From Candidatus Helarchaeota archaeon (GTDB lineage: Archaea > Asgardarchaeota > Lokiarchaeia > Helarchaeales > RDOG01), in the NCBI GenBank assembly GCA_019058315.1, contig JAHPZH010000001.1:279436-343435 (forward strand): a stretch of 64,000 nt of DNA, given 5' to 3'. The notes under the pieces are model-generated. The model had not been told where the DNA came from. It did not search any database and worked only from the letters and a program-made list of their open reading frames with translations. The position numbers were made by a program, and so were the translations under genes. Positions 50,178 to 60,840 of the stretch are shown piece after piece (position 1 is the first letter of the stretch; each line of letters opens with the position of its first letter).

Positions 50178-50756
50178 TCATAATTTTAGAAATTTTTTAA
50201 TTCCATAATCAAGTCCGGCGGTTATTAGAGCTCTTGCTTGAAGTTCCAAGTTAGCCCAATCTTTAAATATTAATGGACCATGAACAAAAACAGATCTTCC
50301 TTCATAACTTTCTCGTTTTTCAATATCTAAACCCTTTACAAATTTAAGGTTTTTATTATTAATGCGAATTCGAACCTTGCTACCTTTAAATGTAGAATAA
50401 AACTTAAAGAGAATATCTCCGTTTCTTACTTTTTTGTTGTCAATAGATCCCTTTAAAGTAATTTCCATCCCTGGCTTAAATGTTGATTTTTCTTTATAAA
50501 ATTTTTGAAGAATTTTTCTAACTGTATTTAAATCATCTTTCCTTACAATGTATGCCCTAATTTCTTCTAATTTGTGATTCTTAATATCACCTAAAATTTC
50601 ACCAGAACCTATACAAATATACTCTTTATCCATACGATTAATGACATCTCCAAGATCTAGACTCATAGTGACTCCTAAGGGTTCAGTTTCACCTAATAGA
50701 TCAACTATTAATGAATAAGGATGTTCAAGACTTTTAAAAAAATTTTTTGGAGACAT
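50178..50756 (-). CDS. Hypothetical protein
   Basis: 192-aa ORF 4 nt downstream of the amidohydrolase gene. Confidence 0.65.
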   Translation of the reverse strand: MSPKNFFKSLEHPYSLIVDLLGETEPLGVTMSLDLGDVINRMDKEYICIGSGEILGDIKNHKLEEIRAYIVRKDDLNTVRKILQKFYKEKSTFKPGMEITLKGSIDNKKVRNGDILFKFYSTFKGSKVRIRINNKNLKFVKGLDIEKRESYEGRSVFVHGPLIFKDWANLELQARALITAGLDYGIKKFLKL

Positions 50757-50760
50757 TCTA

Positions 50761-51702
50761 TCATAGTTTCAGAAATTTTTTAGCATTATCGATGAGAATC
50801 TTCCTTATTTCTCTTTGTTTGAATTTTAAACCATATTCTTTTCCTTTTTCTGGAATATTTTTAACCCAATCAACCCAATTTTTCTGGTCCATTATCGTTT
50901 CCAACATAGGCCAATCCGTTCCAAACATTAATCTATCTTTGTGAGGTTTTATACCTGGAGCGTCGAGAATACTTCTTAAATTCTTCAAAAAGTACTCAGG
51001 CATTAATAGTGCTTGAGCTTGATAACCCGAGAGTTCAGCGTAGACATTTGACCTCGTAAACATTATTTCGGCACATTTTAGATGATAACTAAGGCTCCCG
51101 AAATGAATTAAGACTATCTCTAGATCTGGAAACTTAGCTGCAATCGAATCAAGATAAATTGGGTCAGCATATTTAGACATGAATGGCGGTCCAATTGTTG
51201 CGGCAGTATGTGAATAAACAGGAACATCTAGTTCTAAGCACTTTTCATATAAGGGGAAAAATGAGGGATCATCGGGATAATAACCAGCAGTGGGATGAAG
51301 TTTAAGCCCTTTCATTCCCCATTCTACCACAGCTTTTTCAAGTAGCTTAATCGCCCTTTCACCCCTTCTGGGGTCAATAGCACATAAAGTAAAAAGCTTG
51401 TCTGGATATTCATTTGCTTGTTTAACGACCCAATGGTTTATCTCTTCAATAGACCAAGGAGCTTCACCAACATCAGAGTTCATTTCAAAGTCAACTGCCA
51501 TGACCAAAGCTTTATCAATACCCGCTGCATCCATCTGCTCAACGAATAATTTTGCATCATAATTCTGAAATGGCTCCATTTGTTTGCGGATAGTTTCTAA
51601 TGGGACGCCCATTAAATTTGAATAAAATCTTGCTGAAATGTTCCAAAAGGCGTCAGAATGATGGTTTTTATGACCTAAATGCGCATGTACATTTATTACC
51701 AA
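50761..51702 (-). CDS. Amidohydrolase_2 family TIM-barrel metallohydrolase
   Basis: NVHAHL, GLKLHP, VYSHT, LIHFG, MFGTDWP. Confidence 0.92.
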   Translation of the reverse strand: MVINVHAHLGHKNHHSDAFWNISARFYSNLMGVPLETIRKQMEPFQNYDAKLFVEQMDAAGIDKALVMAVDFEMNSDVGEAPWSIEEINHWVVKQANEYPDKLFTLCAIDPRRGERAIKLLEKAVVEWGMKGLKLHPTAGYYPDDPSFFPLYEKCLELDVPVYSHTAATIGPPFMSKYADPIYLDSIAAKFPDLEIVLIHFGSLSYHLKCAEIMFTRSNVYAELSGYQAQALLMPEYFLKNLRSILDAPGIKPHKDRLMFGTDWPMLETIMDQKNWVDWVKNIPEKGKEYGLKFKQREIRKILIDNAKKFLKL

Positions 51703-51821
51703 TCTTTATCATTCCTTTCTGTAAATTAAATCTAATTTTTGTTAAACAATTTATATTGGATAATCTTTACCTATTATATTAAATTAATTTAAAAAACCAA
51801 AATTATTAGTGGGTAATCGAA

Positions 51822-53765
51822 TTGCCAGAAAAAATTGAAGGAAAAACCGCATCTGAATGGGTTGATTATGGGTACGAATACGAAAAGGTAAATAATTATC
51901 AAAAAGCTATAGAATGTTATGAAAAAGCTGTTAAAATAGACCCTAAGTTTTTAAAAGGGTGGAATTATATGGGCTTAGCTTTTGGATATTCAGGAAATAC
52001 CGAGAAAGAAATCGAATGTTATAAAAAAGTCCTCCAAATCGATCCTAAAAATAAATATGCGCTAACAAATATGGGTGTGGCCCATGAAAAATTAAGAGAA
52101 TATCAAAAATCTCTTGAATATCAAGATAAGGCTCTTGAAGTTGATCCGAAATTTAAGCTCGCATGGTATAACAAGGGAGTAATTTACTCTAAATTAAATA
52201 AACACGAAGAAGAGATCAAATGTTTTAGAAGAGCACTAGAACTCGACCCTTCATTTAAAATCGCTTGGTACTACTTGGCAGTTGCTTATAAAAATCTTGA
52301 GAATTATAAAAAAGCTATTAAATGCCTTGAAAAGGCTTTAGAAATCGATCCTAATTATGAAAGTGCATCATTACTATTAAATAACATAAAAGACGGATTA
52401 GATGGTCTAAAAGAAGTAAGTGAGACAGAAGGAAAAACCGCATCAGAATTATGTGATATGGGATTTGAATATGGAAGGTCAGGAAATTTTCTAAAAGCCA
52501 TCGAAATACTTAAAAAAGCTGTAGAAATAGATCAAAAACATAAAAAAGCATATTATTATCTAGCTGCAGCTTATGAAAAAGTGAATAATTTTCAATCAGC
52601 TATTGAGAATTATAAAAAAGCAATTGAAAACGATCCTCAAAATAATGATGTTCATAATCATCTAGGAAAATGTTATGAGGAAATTGAAGAATATGATAAT
52701 GCTCTTGATAGTTATAAAAAAACAGTTTCAATTGATCCAAATGATAAAAACGGTTGGTATAATATAGGAGTTGTCTACCGTAAATTGGGGGGAAAGGAAA
52801 ATACACAAAAAGCAATCGAAAGTTATCATAAAGCTATCGAAGTCAATCCCAAGGATTATGATGCTTGGAAAGCTATAGGTTATGCGTATTGCGATCTAGG
52901 AGATCTAGGCGATCAAGAGGGCTATCGGAAATCAATAGAATTTTATGAAAAAGCCATTGAAGTAGATCCAGAAAATGAATCAGCATATTTTGCTTTAGGA
53001 ACTGCTTACGGCAAGCTAAAGGAATATCATAAGGAAATTGAAGCTTATACAAGATCAATAAAAATTAATCCCCATGATTTTAGACTTTGGGATAATATCG
53101 GTGCTTCTTTAGACGATTTAGGGGAACGAGAAGCAGCGGATTATTGTTGGGAAATATCAGATAAAGTTAAAGCTGGTTTTAAATTTTCCAGCGAAAAAGA
53201 ACTATCAGATGTTTTTAAAGTTTTGGGAGGTTTAAGATTAACAGAAAAAGGTAAAAATGCCAACGAATTGATTGAGATGGGTCGAAAAGAAAGCGATATT
53301 GAAAAAGCTCAAGAATATTTCCAAAAAGCGTATGATATTTATAAAGAAGTGGGAAATAAAATGGGTCAAGCTAATGCTCTCCGATACATCGGAAGTTGTT
53401 ATCGAAGTAAAAAGAATTGGGAAAATTGTATAAGTTGTATGCAGGAAATTCATGATATTTATTCAGATGTCAACCATAAATCGGGAATGGCTGAAGCAAT
53501 TCATAACACAGCGTTCTGTTACTTTTTCATGGATAAATTAAAAGAAGCAAAGGAATATTTTGAAAAATCTGTAAAAATTTATGAAGAAATAGATGATAAA
53601 GTAAAATTATCAGATGGTTTATCAAATTTAGGTTTGATCTGTAAAAAAGAGGGTAATAAAACTAAGGCTTTAGAATATTTTAAAAAATGTTATGAAGTGG
53701 ATAAAGCACTTGGGAATAAAAGCCGAATGGAGCAAGATAAAAGGGATATAGAATCAGTAAGTTAA
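51822..53765 (+). CDS. Tetratricopeptide repeat protein
   Basis: Two TPR blocks each starting EGKTASE, then longer TPR-like repeats. Confidence 0.93.
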   Translation: MPEKIEGKTASEWVDYGYEYEKVNNYQKAIECYEKAVKIDPKFLKGWNYMGLAFGYSGNTEKEIECYKKVLQIDPKNKYALTNMGVAHEKLREYQKSLEYQDKALEVDPKFKLAWYNKGVIYSKLNKHEEEIKCFRRALELDPSFKIAWYYLAVAYKNLENYKKAIKCLEKALEIDPNYESASLLLNNIKDGLDGLKEVSETEGKTASELCDMGFEYGRSGNFLKAIEILKKAVEIDQKHKKAYYYLAAAYEKVNNFQSAIENYKKAIENDPQNNDVHNHLGKCYEEIEEYDNALDSYKKTVSIDPNDKNGWYNIGVVYRKLGGKENTQKAIESYHKAIEVNPKDYDAWKAIGYAYCDLGDLGDQEGYRKSIEFYEKAIEVDPENESAYFALGTAYGKLKEYHKEIEAYTRSIKINPHDFRLWDNIGASLDDLGEREAADYCWEISDKVKAGFKFSSEKELSDVFKVLGGLRLTEKGKNANELIEMGRKESDIEKAQEYFQKAYDIYKEVGNKMGQANALRYIGSCYRSKKNWENCISCMQEIHDIYSDVNHKSGMAEAIHNTAFCYFFMDKLKEAKEYFEKSVKIYEEIDDKVKLSDGLSNLGLICKKEGNKTKALEYFKKCYEVDKALGNKSRMEQDKRDIESVS

Positions 53766-53779
53766 AATAGGTTAATAGC

Positions 53780-54844
53780 ATGGAAAGCCGAGAATTGGTA
53801 ATACGTGCATTGACATTCAAAAAACCAGATAGAATCCCGCTTCATTTAGCCACTAATATGCTCGAAAGTGATACTGTTGGAGGTTTAATTTTTCCTTTCA
53901 GAGGATGGAAATTGAATAAGTTTCAAAAAAGAATAGGCATCAAACGCTCCCCAACATGCTATGTTATTTCAAGAATTAAAAAGGAAAAACACTATTTAAT
54001 TGATGAATTTGGTAGTATTTGGTACAATCCTGGTAACGAAACAATTGGTCAAGTAGTAAACCCTAGAGTAGTAAAAAAATGGGAAGATATAGAAAAAGTA
54101 AGAAAAAGAATAATTCATATGCGAAATAATAAAGGTCGATGGTGGCTTACTAAACTTTTATTTGGATTATTTGGAAAGAAAAAATTTAGAGTTGGGTCTC
54201 TTGATCAATTTTATTTTGAAAGATTACATATGTTGAGGGGCTTCGGAAATCTTTTAAAGGATCTAAAAAGAAATAGAGAGAAAGTAAAAGAATTAGCAGA
54301 TATTTTAGCTGAGTGGTATATTTGGCTTGTTGATCAATGGGCAAAACAAGGCGCAGATGGGTTATTTGCCACTGATGATTGGGGAACTAACCACGGTCCT
54401 TTTATATCACCTCGAGATTTTGACGAAGTCTTTAAACCTGTTTATCAAAGAGTCACAGAGCGAATACATAACCATGGAATGTACTTCATATTACACAGTT
54501 GTGGTAATATTTTTTATTTAATACCAAAATTAATTGAATCAAGAGTAGATTGTCTTCAATTAGACCAGCCACGAATGACGGGATTAAAAAGGTTGCAGAA
54601 ATTTGGCGGAAAAATAGCTTACATGTGCGTGGCTGATATTAGTAAAATAATTCCATATAAAACCCCTAAAGAAGTTGAAGCTGAAGTTCTTATGATGATA
54701 AAAACTCTTGGAAAATTTAATGGTGGATTATTAGGTACAATCTATGCTGATCTTGCAGCAGTTGATTTTCCAGCAAAAAATATGGCAGCCAATGTAAGAG
54801 CTTATAAACGATTCGGGAAATATGGTGAATATCCACTTAATTAA
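53780..54844 (+). CDS. Uroporphyrinogen decarboxylase / MtaA-CmuA superfamily protein
   Basis: M.SRELV..AL....PDRIP, DEFG..W, DDWGT, HSCG. Confidence 0.85.
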   Translation: MESRELVIRALTFKKPDRIPLHLATNMLESDTVGGLIFPFRGWKLNKFQKRIGIKRSPTCYVISRIKKEKHYLIDEFGSIWYNPGNETIGQVVNPRVVKKWEDIEKVRKRIIHMRNNKGRWWLTKLLFGLFGKKKFRVGSLDQFYFERLHMLRGFGNLLKDLKRNREKVKELADILAEWYIWLVDQWAKQGADGLFATDDWGTNHGPFISPRDFDEVFKPVYQRVTERIHNHGMYFILHSCGNIFYLIPKLIESRVDCLQLDQPRMTGLKRLQKFGGKIAYMCVADISKIIPYKTPKEVEAEVLMMIKTLGKFNGGLLGTIYADLAAVDFPAKNMAANVRAYKRFGKYGEYPLN

Positions 54845-54892
54845 AAAATAAAAATAAGAAAAATGCTATAAGTATTAATAAAAAAATTGGAT

Positions 54893-55717
54893 TTATCGTC
54901 TAATTTGTTTAATAATTACTATTCCAATTATTAAACCAATAACTGCAACAATTGCAATAATTGTTAGAATCTCTATTCCTATACCCTCACCAGTATTAGC
55001 CAACATTAACAATAATGGTCCTAAATCTGTTCCTCCATTTGGAATATAATGATTAATGAGAGTTAATTCAAAGAGATAATGCCAACCCGTGGTTCCATTA
55101 TCCAGTCTCGCCATTTGAGTAAGAATTTTTCCATCGTATGTATAATTATACATACGACTATTTGAAGTACTCCAAGATCCATTCCATATAGACCATGTAC
55201 CTTTAGTATTTGGAGAAATGGGACTTATATATGACGGATTTGGAATTTGTTCAAGATCAATACTCCAGTGTACTATGGTATAATTTGCTGCTGAGAAGTT
55301 TTGAGGAATATAAAAGGGGTCATCCTGAAGTAAAAAATAAAATTCTGTATAAGCTGGATTTGTAGAGTTATATCCCCCATATAATGTATATGGATCAGTT
55401 ATTGTCCAATTACCTGAACTCTGATTCCAATATTCCTTTTTAAACCATATAGCATCTGCAATCCATCCCTTTAAATTTTGATTTTCAATGTTTTCGATAA
55501 TAAATCGATATTTATCACCTATTTTTACAGGTGCAAAAAGAACTGGATCAATATTAGAGACATTATATGTTAGAATCTCACCTTCACGAACACTAAATCC
55601 GTCGGATCCCGATTCAAATGATGGTCCAATTGCTTGTACACCTTGTATTTGAACTAGTAATAACACAATTGTAATCAACGAACTAAAAATTATGAAACCT
55701 ATTTTAATTCTAGTCAT
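54893..55717 (-). CDS. Secreted/surface protein with C-terminal TM anchor
   Basis: Signal peptide ending VQA; several N-x-S/T sequons; terminal TM plus KQIRR. Confidence 0.75.
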   Translation of the reverse strand: MTRIKIGFIIFSSLITIVLLLVQIQGVQAIGPSFESGSDGFSVREGEILTYNVSNIDPVLFAPVKIGDKYRFIIENIENQNLKGWIADAIWFKKEYWNQSSGNWTITDPYTLYGGYNSTNPAYTEFYFLLQDDPFYIPQNFSAANYTIVHWSIDLEQIPNPSYISPISPNTKGTWSIWNGSWSTSNSRMYNYTYDGKILTQMARLDNGTTGWHYLFELTLINHYIPNGGTDLGPLLLMLANTGEGIGIEILTIIAIVAVIGLIIGIVIIKQIRR

Positions 55718-55882
55718 CGGTAATTATTCCCACCAGATTTGAGTCGTTAAATTCTATAGCTATCTTTTAAATTTAATATGTTAAGAATATTGAATTCTTA
55801 TTAATATTTTTTTATATTTATTGTATTCAAATATATAATTAAATTATTTTAAAAAGTTTTTAGAAAATTAAGGTGCAGAATA

Positions 55883-56491
55883 TTGGAGAAACCATTTAAT
55901 TTCAGATCTGGGGAAAAGGAAATTGAAGGAATTATTTATCTTCCCTCAGAAATAAAAAAATGTCCGGGAATGATTATTCTTCATCCACATCCTGCCTTTG
56001 GTGGCTCAATGGAAAATAATGTTGTAAATGCAGTATGTGAAACACTACAACAAAATGGAGTAATTGCATTTAAGTTTAATATCCGAAATCCCAACATAAA
56101 TAAAGCCATAAAACACACTAAGGCAGGATTAGAATTTTTTAGTACTTTAGATGAATTAGATAAATCTAGAATTGGAGTTTGTGGCTATAGTTGGGGAAGT
56201 AGAGTAATTTTAGAAGCATTTTACAACGATGAAAGAGTTAAAGCATTAATTGGAGTATCTCCACCAGTTTCAATGTTTAAATACGATTTTTTATTAGATT
56301 CAAAAAAACCTATATTATTGACTGTAGGTACTCATGATCAAATCATTCCCATAAATCTAATGGAAGATTTCTTTAATAAATTAAAAGAACCCAAAGAATT
56401 TGAAACTTTTAATACTGACCATATTTATATTGGTGTCGAAAATAAGCTTTCTAAGAGAGTTTTAGAGTTTGTGAATAAATATTTATGGTGA
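55883..56491 (+). CDS. Alpha/beta hydrolase (HPHP..GG type)
   Basis: LHPHPAFGGSMENNVV, GYSWGS, GTHD, DH. Confidence 0.88.
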   Translation: MEKPFNFRSGEKEIEGIIYLPSEIKKCPGMIILHPHPAFGGSMENNVVNAVCETLQQNGVIAFKFNIRNPNINKAIKHTKAGLEFFSTLDELDKSRIGVCGYSWGSRVILEAFYNDERVKALIGVSPPVSMFKYDFLLDSKKPILLTVGTHDQIIPINLMEDFFNKLKEPKEFETFNTDHIYIGVENKLSKRVLEFVNKYLW

Positions 56492-56495
56492 TTTT

Positions 56496-57917
56496 ATGTC
56501 GAAAGAAGAAAAATATGGTTTAGGAAATAAATTAGCTTATGGTTTAGGAAATATTACCGATATGGTAGCTTATCAAACCTTTACTTTATTAATTTTTGTT
56601 TTCTATTACAGTGTAGTGGGACTTGATGCTTTCGAATTAATGATAGGTTTTATAATTTGGTCTATTTGGAATTCACTTAATGATCCTTTATTAGGTCTTA
56701 TTAGTGATAAAACAAATGTGAAAATTGGGAGACGGAAATTTTGGATACTTCTTGCTTTAATCCCAATCAGTTTAATTATGATATTTTTATGGACACCTCC
56801 TTTAGGTAATAGGTTACTTGACCCTAATAATGCCTTAATTAATTGGTTATATTTCTTAATTGTAATAATACTTTTTGATTTCTTTTATACGATGTTTTCC
56901 TTGAATTTTACGGCACTTTTCCCAGAAATGTACATAGAACAATCAGATAGAAACGAGGCAGGTTTAATTAGAAGGGTAATGACCATTTTAGGATTGATTA
57001 TCGCCTTCATATTACCTATAGCTATTATCGGTGATTCAAAGGATATCGCAAATTTATATAATGGTCGATATTTCTTCGCAGGATTAACCAATTGTCTGAT
57101 TGTTTTTATTAGTTTATTAATTGCAATCAAATATGCTGTTAAGGAACGACCTTTATTTAAGAGAGATCCTTTAGAAAATCCTAGTTTTATGGATTCTCTT
57201 AAAATTACTTTAAAAAATAGAACATTTTTAATATTTGTTGCAGGAAATCTATGTAATTGGTATGTTTATGGATTAATTCCAACTATTATTTTATTATATG
57301 GAACTCATGTCCTTGGAACTACAGACATGGGATCCTCAATATTACTTTTAGTGGGCTTCCTTTCGGCAGCTGGACTTATGCCCCTATGGAAAAAAATAGG
57401 TGAAATAAAAGGAAATGCGAAAGGTATGACGATTTCTTTCTTTATTTGGGGTATTTCTTTCATTCCATTTCTGTTTATATTCGGAGCAACAATTTTGAAT
57501 TATGTAATTACAATGTTAGTTATGATTTTAGTGGGGTTTGGGATTTCTGGGTCAATTTATTACGGAGATCTAGTCATTTCTGATATGATAGATGAAGATG
57601 AGGTGGCTACGGGGGTTAGAAGAGAAGGGGCCTACTATGGTGTCAATGCGTTGATAATACGATTAGCTACTATTTTAGTCATGGCATCTATCGCACTGGT
57701 CTTCTCCGGAACTGGCTGGACTGAGTATCAACCGGCAACCCAAGATATAGCTCAATTAAGGTTGGGTCTAATGTTATTAATGTCGATCTTTCCATCGGTA
57801 GCTGCATTTATAGGGTCTTTCTGTCTTTATAAGTTCCCATTAAAAGATGAAAGATTATCTAAGATGAAAGAGGATCTAACTAAGTTACATAAGACTAAAT
57901 CAAGTAAAACTGTTTAA
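56496..57917 (+). CDS. MFS transporter, glycoside-pentoside-hexuronide family
   Basis: NDPLLGLISD..GRRK, DMIDEDE..TGVRREGAYYG. Confidence 0.9.
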   Translation: MSKEEKYGLGNKLAYGLGNITDMVAYQTFTLLIFVFYYSVVGLDAFELMIGFIIWSIWNSLNDPLLGLISDKTNVKIGRRKFWILLALIPISLIMIFLWTPPLGNRLLDPNNALINWLYFLIVIILFDFFYTMFSLNFTALFPEMYIEQSDRNEAGLIRRVMTILGLIIAFILPIAIIGDSKDIANLYNGRYFFAGLTNCLIVFISLLIAIKYAVKERPLFKRDPLENPSFMDSLKITLKNRTFLIFVAGNLCNWYVYGLIPTIILLYGTHVLGTTDMGSSILLLVGFLSAAGLMPLWKKIGEIKGNAKGMTISFFIWGISFIPFLFIFGATILNYVITMLVMILVGFGISGSIYYGDLVISDMIDEDEVATGVRREGAYYGVNALIIRLATILVMASIALVFSGTGWTEYQPATQDIAQLRLGLMLLMSIFPSVAAFIGSFCLYKFPLKDERLSKMKEDLTKLHKTKSSKTV

Positions 57918-57998
57918 TTCCAATAATCTCCCTTTTTTCATTTTTCCAATTGAATGATTAGAATTTGAAAAGTGAATTAATTTTTATAAGTGTGAATT

Positions 57999-58991
57999 TT
58001 GTTAAAAAAAATAAAAGTAATTCCTTTGGCAGCAGAAAGTTTCGGCGTTCGTTCTATGGCTACTCTAGTGGAAACACCGGATACTAAAATTATGATTGAT
58101 CCTGGATGTGCTTTAGGTCCGAGACGCGGAGATGCCAAAAAGTTTTATTATCCCCATCCTCTTGAATATAAAGCTTTAAAGGAATGCACTGAAAAAATTG
58201 TTACAGCAAGTCTAGAAGCTGAAATTTTAATTATTTCACATTTTCATTATGATCATCATAAACCTCAATTTACTGATTATTTCACCATTTACTCAGACAA
58301 AGAGATTGCACAAAAAATATACAAGGACAAGATAATATATGCTAAAAATTTCCGCGAAAACATAAATTCAAGTCAACGTAAAAGAGGTTTTTTATTCAAT
58401 AAAATAATGAGGAAACAATATAAGAAGATTTATTGGGCAGATTCAAAAACTTTTCAAAAGGGGAATACAGAAATTGCATTTTCCCCTCCAGTTTATCATG
58501 GAGAGCAAAAAGCTAAAGGGGGTTGGGTTATTATGTGTTCAATCATTTACGATGATGAGAAGTTCTTATTTACTTCTGATGTCCAAGGTCCGATGATTAA
58601 GGACACATTAAACTTTATTTTAAAGCAAAAACCTGAGGTTGCATATGTTGGAGGCCCTCCTATATACTTGCGTAATTTACTTTCTGAAGATCTTCTAAAT
58701 CAATCTTTAAAGAATATGATTAAATTAGCGGAGAAAATTCCTTGTCTAATTATCGATCATCATTTACTTCGAGATAAAGATTGGCGAAAATGGGCGGATT
58801 CTATTTTTAATACTGGATTAAAAAAGAAACATCAAATTTCCTGCGCTTCAGAATATATAAATGAACCAGAAAACATACTAGAGGCACTCCGTAAGAACTT
58901 ATATAAAAATAACCCTCCAAATGAGAAATTTATGAAATGGTTAAGCTTACCGGAAAAAAAACGAACAAATATTATTCCCCCAATAAATTAG
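57999..58991 (+). CDS. UPF0282-like metallo-beta-lactamase fold protein
   Basis: AAESFGVRSMAT, IDPG.ALGPRR, SHFHYDHH, SDVQGP, DHHLLRD. Confidence 0.85.
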   Translation: MLKKIKVIPLAAESFGVRSMATLVETPDTKIMIDPGCALGPRRGDAKKFYYPHPLEYKALKECTEKIVTASLEAEILIISHFHYDHHKPQFTDYFTIYSDKEIAQKIYKDKIIYAKNFRENINSSQRKRGFLFNKIMRKQYKKIYWADSKTFQKGNTEIAFSPPVYHGEQKAKGGWVIMCSIIYDDEKFLFTSDVQGPMIKDTLNFILKQKPEVAYVGGPPIYLRNLLSEDLLNQSLKNMIKLAEKIPCLIIDHHLLRDKDWRKWADSIFNTGLKKKHQISCASEYINEPENILEALRKNLYKNNPPNEKFMKWLSLPEKKRTNIIPPIN

Positions 58992-59126
58992 ACACAAAAT
59001 TTTTCCCAAAAAGAATAATTTTTATATCATGGAATTTTAAAGTAAGTCAATATAAGGGAAATTTTCAGAATATATTACTGAAAATCCAAAATATTATACG
59101 TCAAAATTATATGTAAGTGTAAATTT

Positions 59127-59897
59127 ATGATGAAACTAAAATCTCTGAAAGATATGCCCGAATTAGATTCTCCTTTAGCATTAATAGGCATGCCTGGCAT
59201 TGCAATGGTTGGGAAATTAGCTTTAATAAACATAGTAAGTTCCTTAAATGCAGAAGAAAGTTCTGAAGTTTATCATGATGATCTCCCCCCTCATGTTATT
59301 ATAGACGAAGGTGGTGAGATGCGACTACCTAGGGTAACGATTTTTTTTATAAAAAATCCCGAAATCAGCCATGATTTAGTATTATTCACCTCTGATTATC
59401 AACCTACAACTTCCGCTGGTATTTATCAATTATCCGATTATGTTTGTGGATATTGTCATAAACTAGGAGTAGTAAATATTATTTCAACAGGTGCCTTTGT
59501 GCCTGATTCATTTAAGAAACCTTATAGACAAGTTTATATCTCAGGGTCCAGTGAGGAGTTTATCAATTTCTTTCTTGAATCTAAGACAGGAACAACGATT
59601 CTATTGAAAGGTGGTTATATAACTGGGGCTAATGGAATTATACCTGCATGGGGAAAGGTTCATTACGATATAGATGGAGCTTGTTTATTGGCAGACACGC
59701 TTCCTATGAGAGCACTAGATCCTACAGCTTCAAAGGCAATTGTGGAAGTGTTGAATGAACGCTATGATCTTAAATCAGATGTAGCGAAGTTAGAAAAACA
59801 AATTTCAGAAGTAGAATTAGTTTCTTCTGAAATTAAAAAAAGACTTAAGGAAGAAAAGGAACGACAACAAAAAGAGACCCGACCTTATATAAGTTAG
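59127..59897 (+). CDS. PAC2 family proteasome assembly chaperone
   Basis: GMPGIAMVGKLA, GYITGANG, DPTAS, C-terminal coiled coil ending PYIS. Confidence 0.85.
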   Translation: MMKLKSLKDMPELDSPLALIGMPGIAMVGKLALINIVSSLNAEESSEVYHDDLPPHVIIDEGGEMRLPRVTIFFIKNPEISHDLVLFTSDYQPTTSAGIYQLSDYVCGYCHKLGVVNIISTGAFVPDSFKKPYRQVYISGSSEEFINFFLESKTGTTILLKGGYITGANGIIPAWGKVHYDIDGACLLADTLPMRALDPTASKAIVEVLNERYDLKSDVAKLEKQISEVELVSSEIKKRLKEEKERQQKETRPYIS

Positions 59898-59900
59898 TTC

Positions 59901-60677
59901 TCAAATTTTTATTTTTAAAAGATCTTTTCCAATGATTACTTTTCCTTTATAACTTTCTTTTATGCTCTTCACCATTTCTTTTTCCCTCCCTGTACAAACT
60001 GGGTATAAATGCGTTAAAACTAATTTTTTTACATTAGCTTCATATGCAAATTCTCCTAATTTTGAGGGAATAATATGTGATGTTTTAAACTGCCCCTCTT
60101 TATCTGGATTAGAGCACTCATGAATTAAAATATCCGCATCTTTTGATAGTTTTAAAAGATTCTCTGAATATCCTGTATCCCCACTATATATTATACTCTT
60201 AGATTCTGCTTCTAATTTATAACCTAAAGCGTTTGGATGCTCAACTTTAGTGCAAAAAACTTTCCATAAATCTGTTTTTTTAACTAAACCTTCTTCAATT
60301 TCATGGATTTTTATGAAATCTAACGTCTCTTCAAGATAAGGATAGACTTTTTCAAGGAGAGCATGTATTATATCACTACTTCCTTCTGGTCCATAAACAT
60401 AAAGTTTATCAGATTCAGATCTATTCACCATTCTATTAGCCATAACGAGAGGTGCAAAATCTGAAAAATGATCTGCATGGAAATGGCTGAAAAATACATT
60501 ATTTATATTTTTAAAATAAATCCCAGCCTTCTCAATTTGACGAAGAACACCATTTCCACAATCAAAAAGTAAAAAATCTTGCTTTCTATTATTTTTTATT
60601 GATATAATTAAACCAGAAGCGTTACGGGATTTATTTGGAAGTAAAACTCCAGTTCCTAGAAGAAAAATTTCAATCAT
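59901..60677 (-). CDS. RNase Z/BN-like metallo-beta-lactamase
   Basis: LLGTG, FDCGNG, SHFHADH, YSGDT, LIHEC, LTHLYP. Confidence 0.88.
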   Translation of the reverse strand: MIEIFLLGTGVLLPNKSRNASGLIISIKNNRKQDFLLFDCGNGVLRQIEKAGIYFKNINNVFFSHFHADHFSDFAPLVMANRMVNRSESDKLYVYGPEGSSDIIHALLEKVYPYLEETLDFIKIHEIEEGLVKKTDLWKVFCTKVEHPNALGYKLEAESKSIIYSGDTGYSENLLKLSKDADILIHECSNPDKEGQFKTSHIIPSKLGEFAYEANVKKLVLTHLYPVCTGREKEMVKSIKESYKGKVIIGKDLLKIKI

Positions 60678-60840
60678 TAACTCTGAAATAAGATTTTAAA
60701 TCTATAAAAAAGTAAATAGTCATCAAATCATTGGATTTCAAATTATTATTTTAAAATAAGATTTCAAAAGAAAATCAAATATCATGAATTTAAATTTTAT
60801 ATGAGGTGTTTTTATTTCAGATAGAGAAGAACGTAAAAGA

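Noticed and set aside
59127-59897. Proteasome-activating HbYX tail on the PAC2 protein
   Set aside because: It ends Y-I-S, so Tyr is not penultimate.
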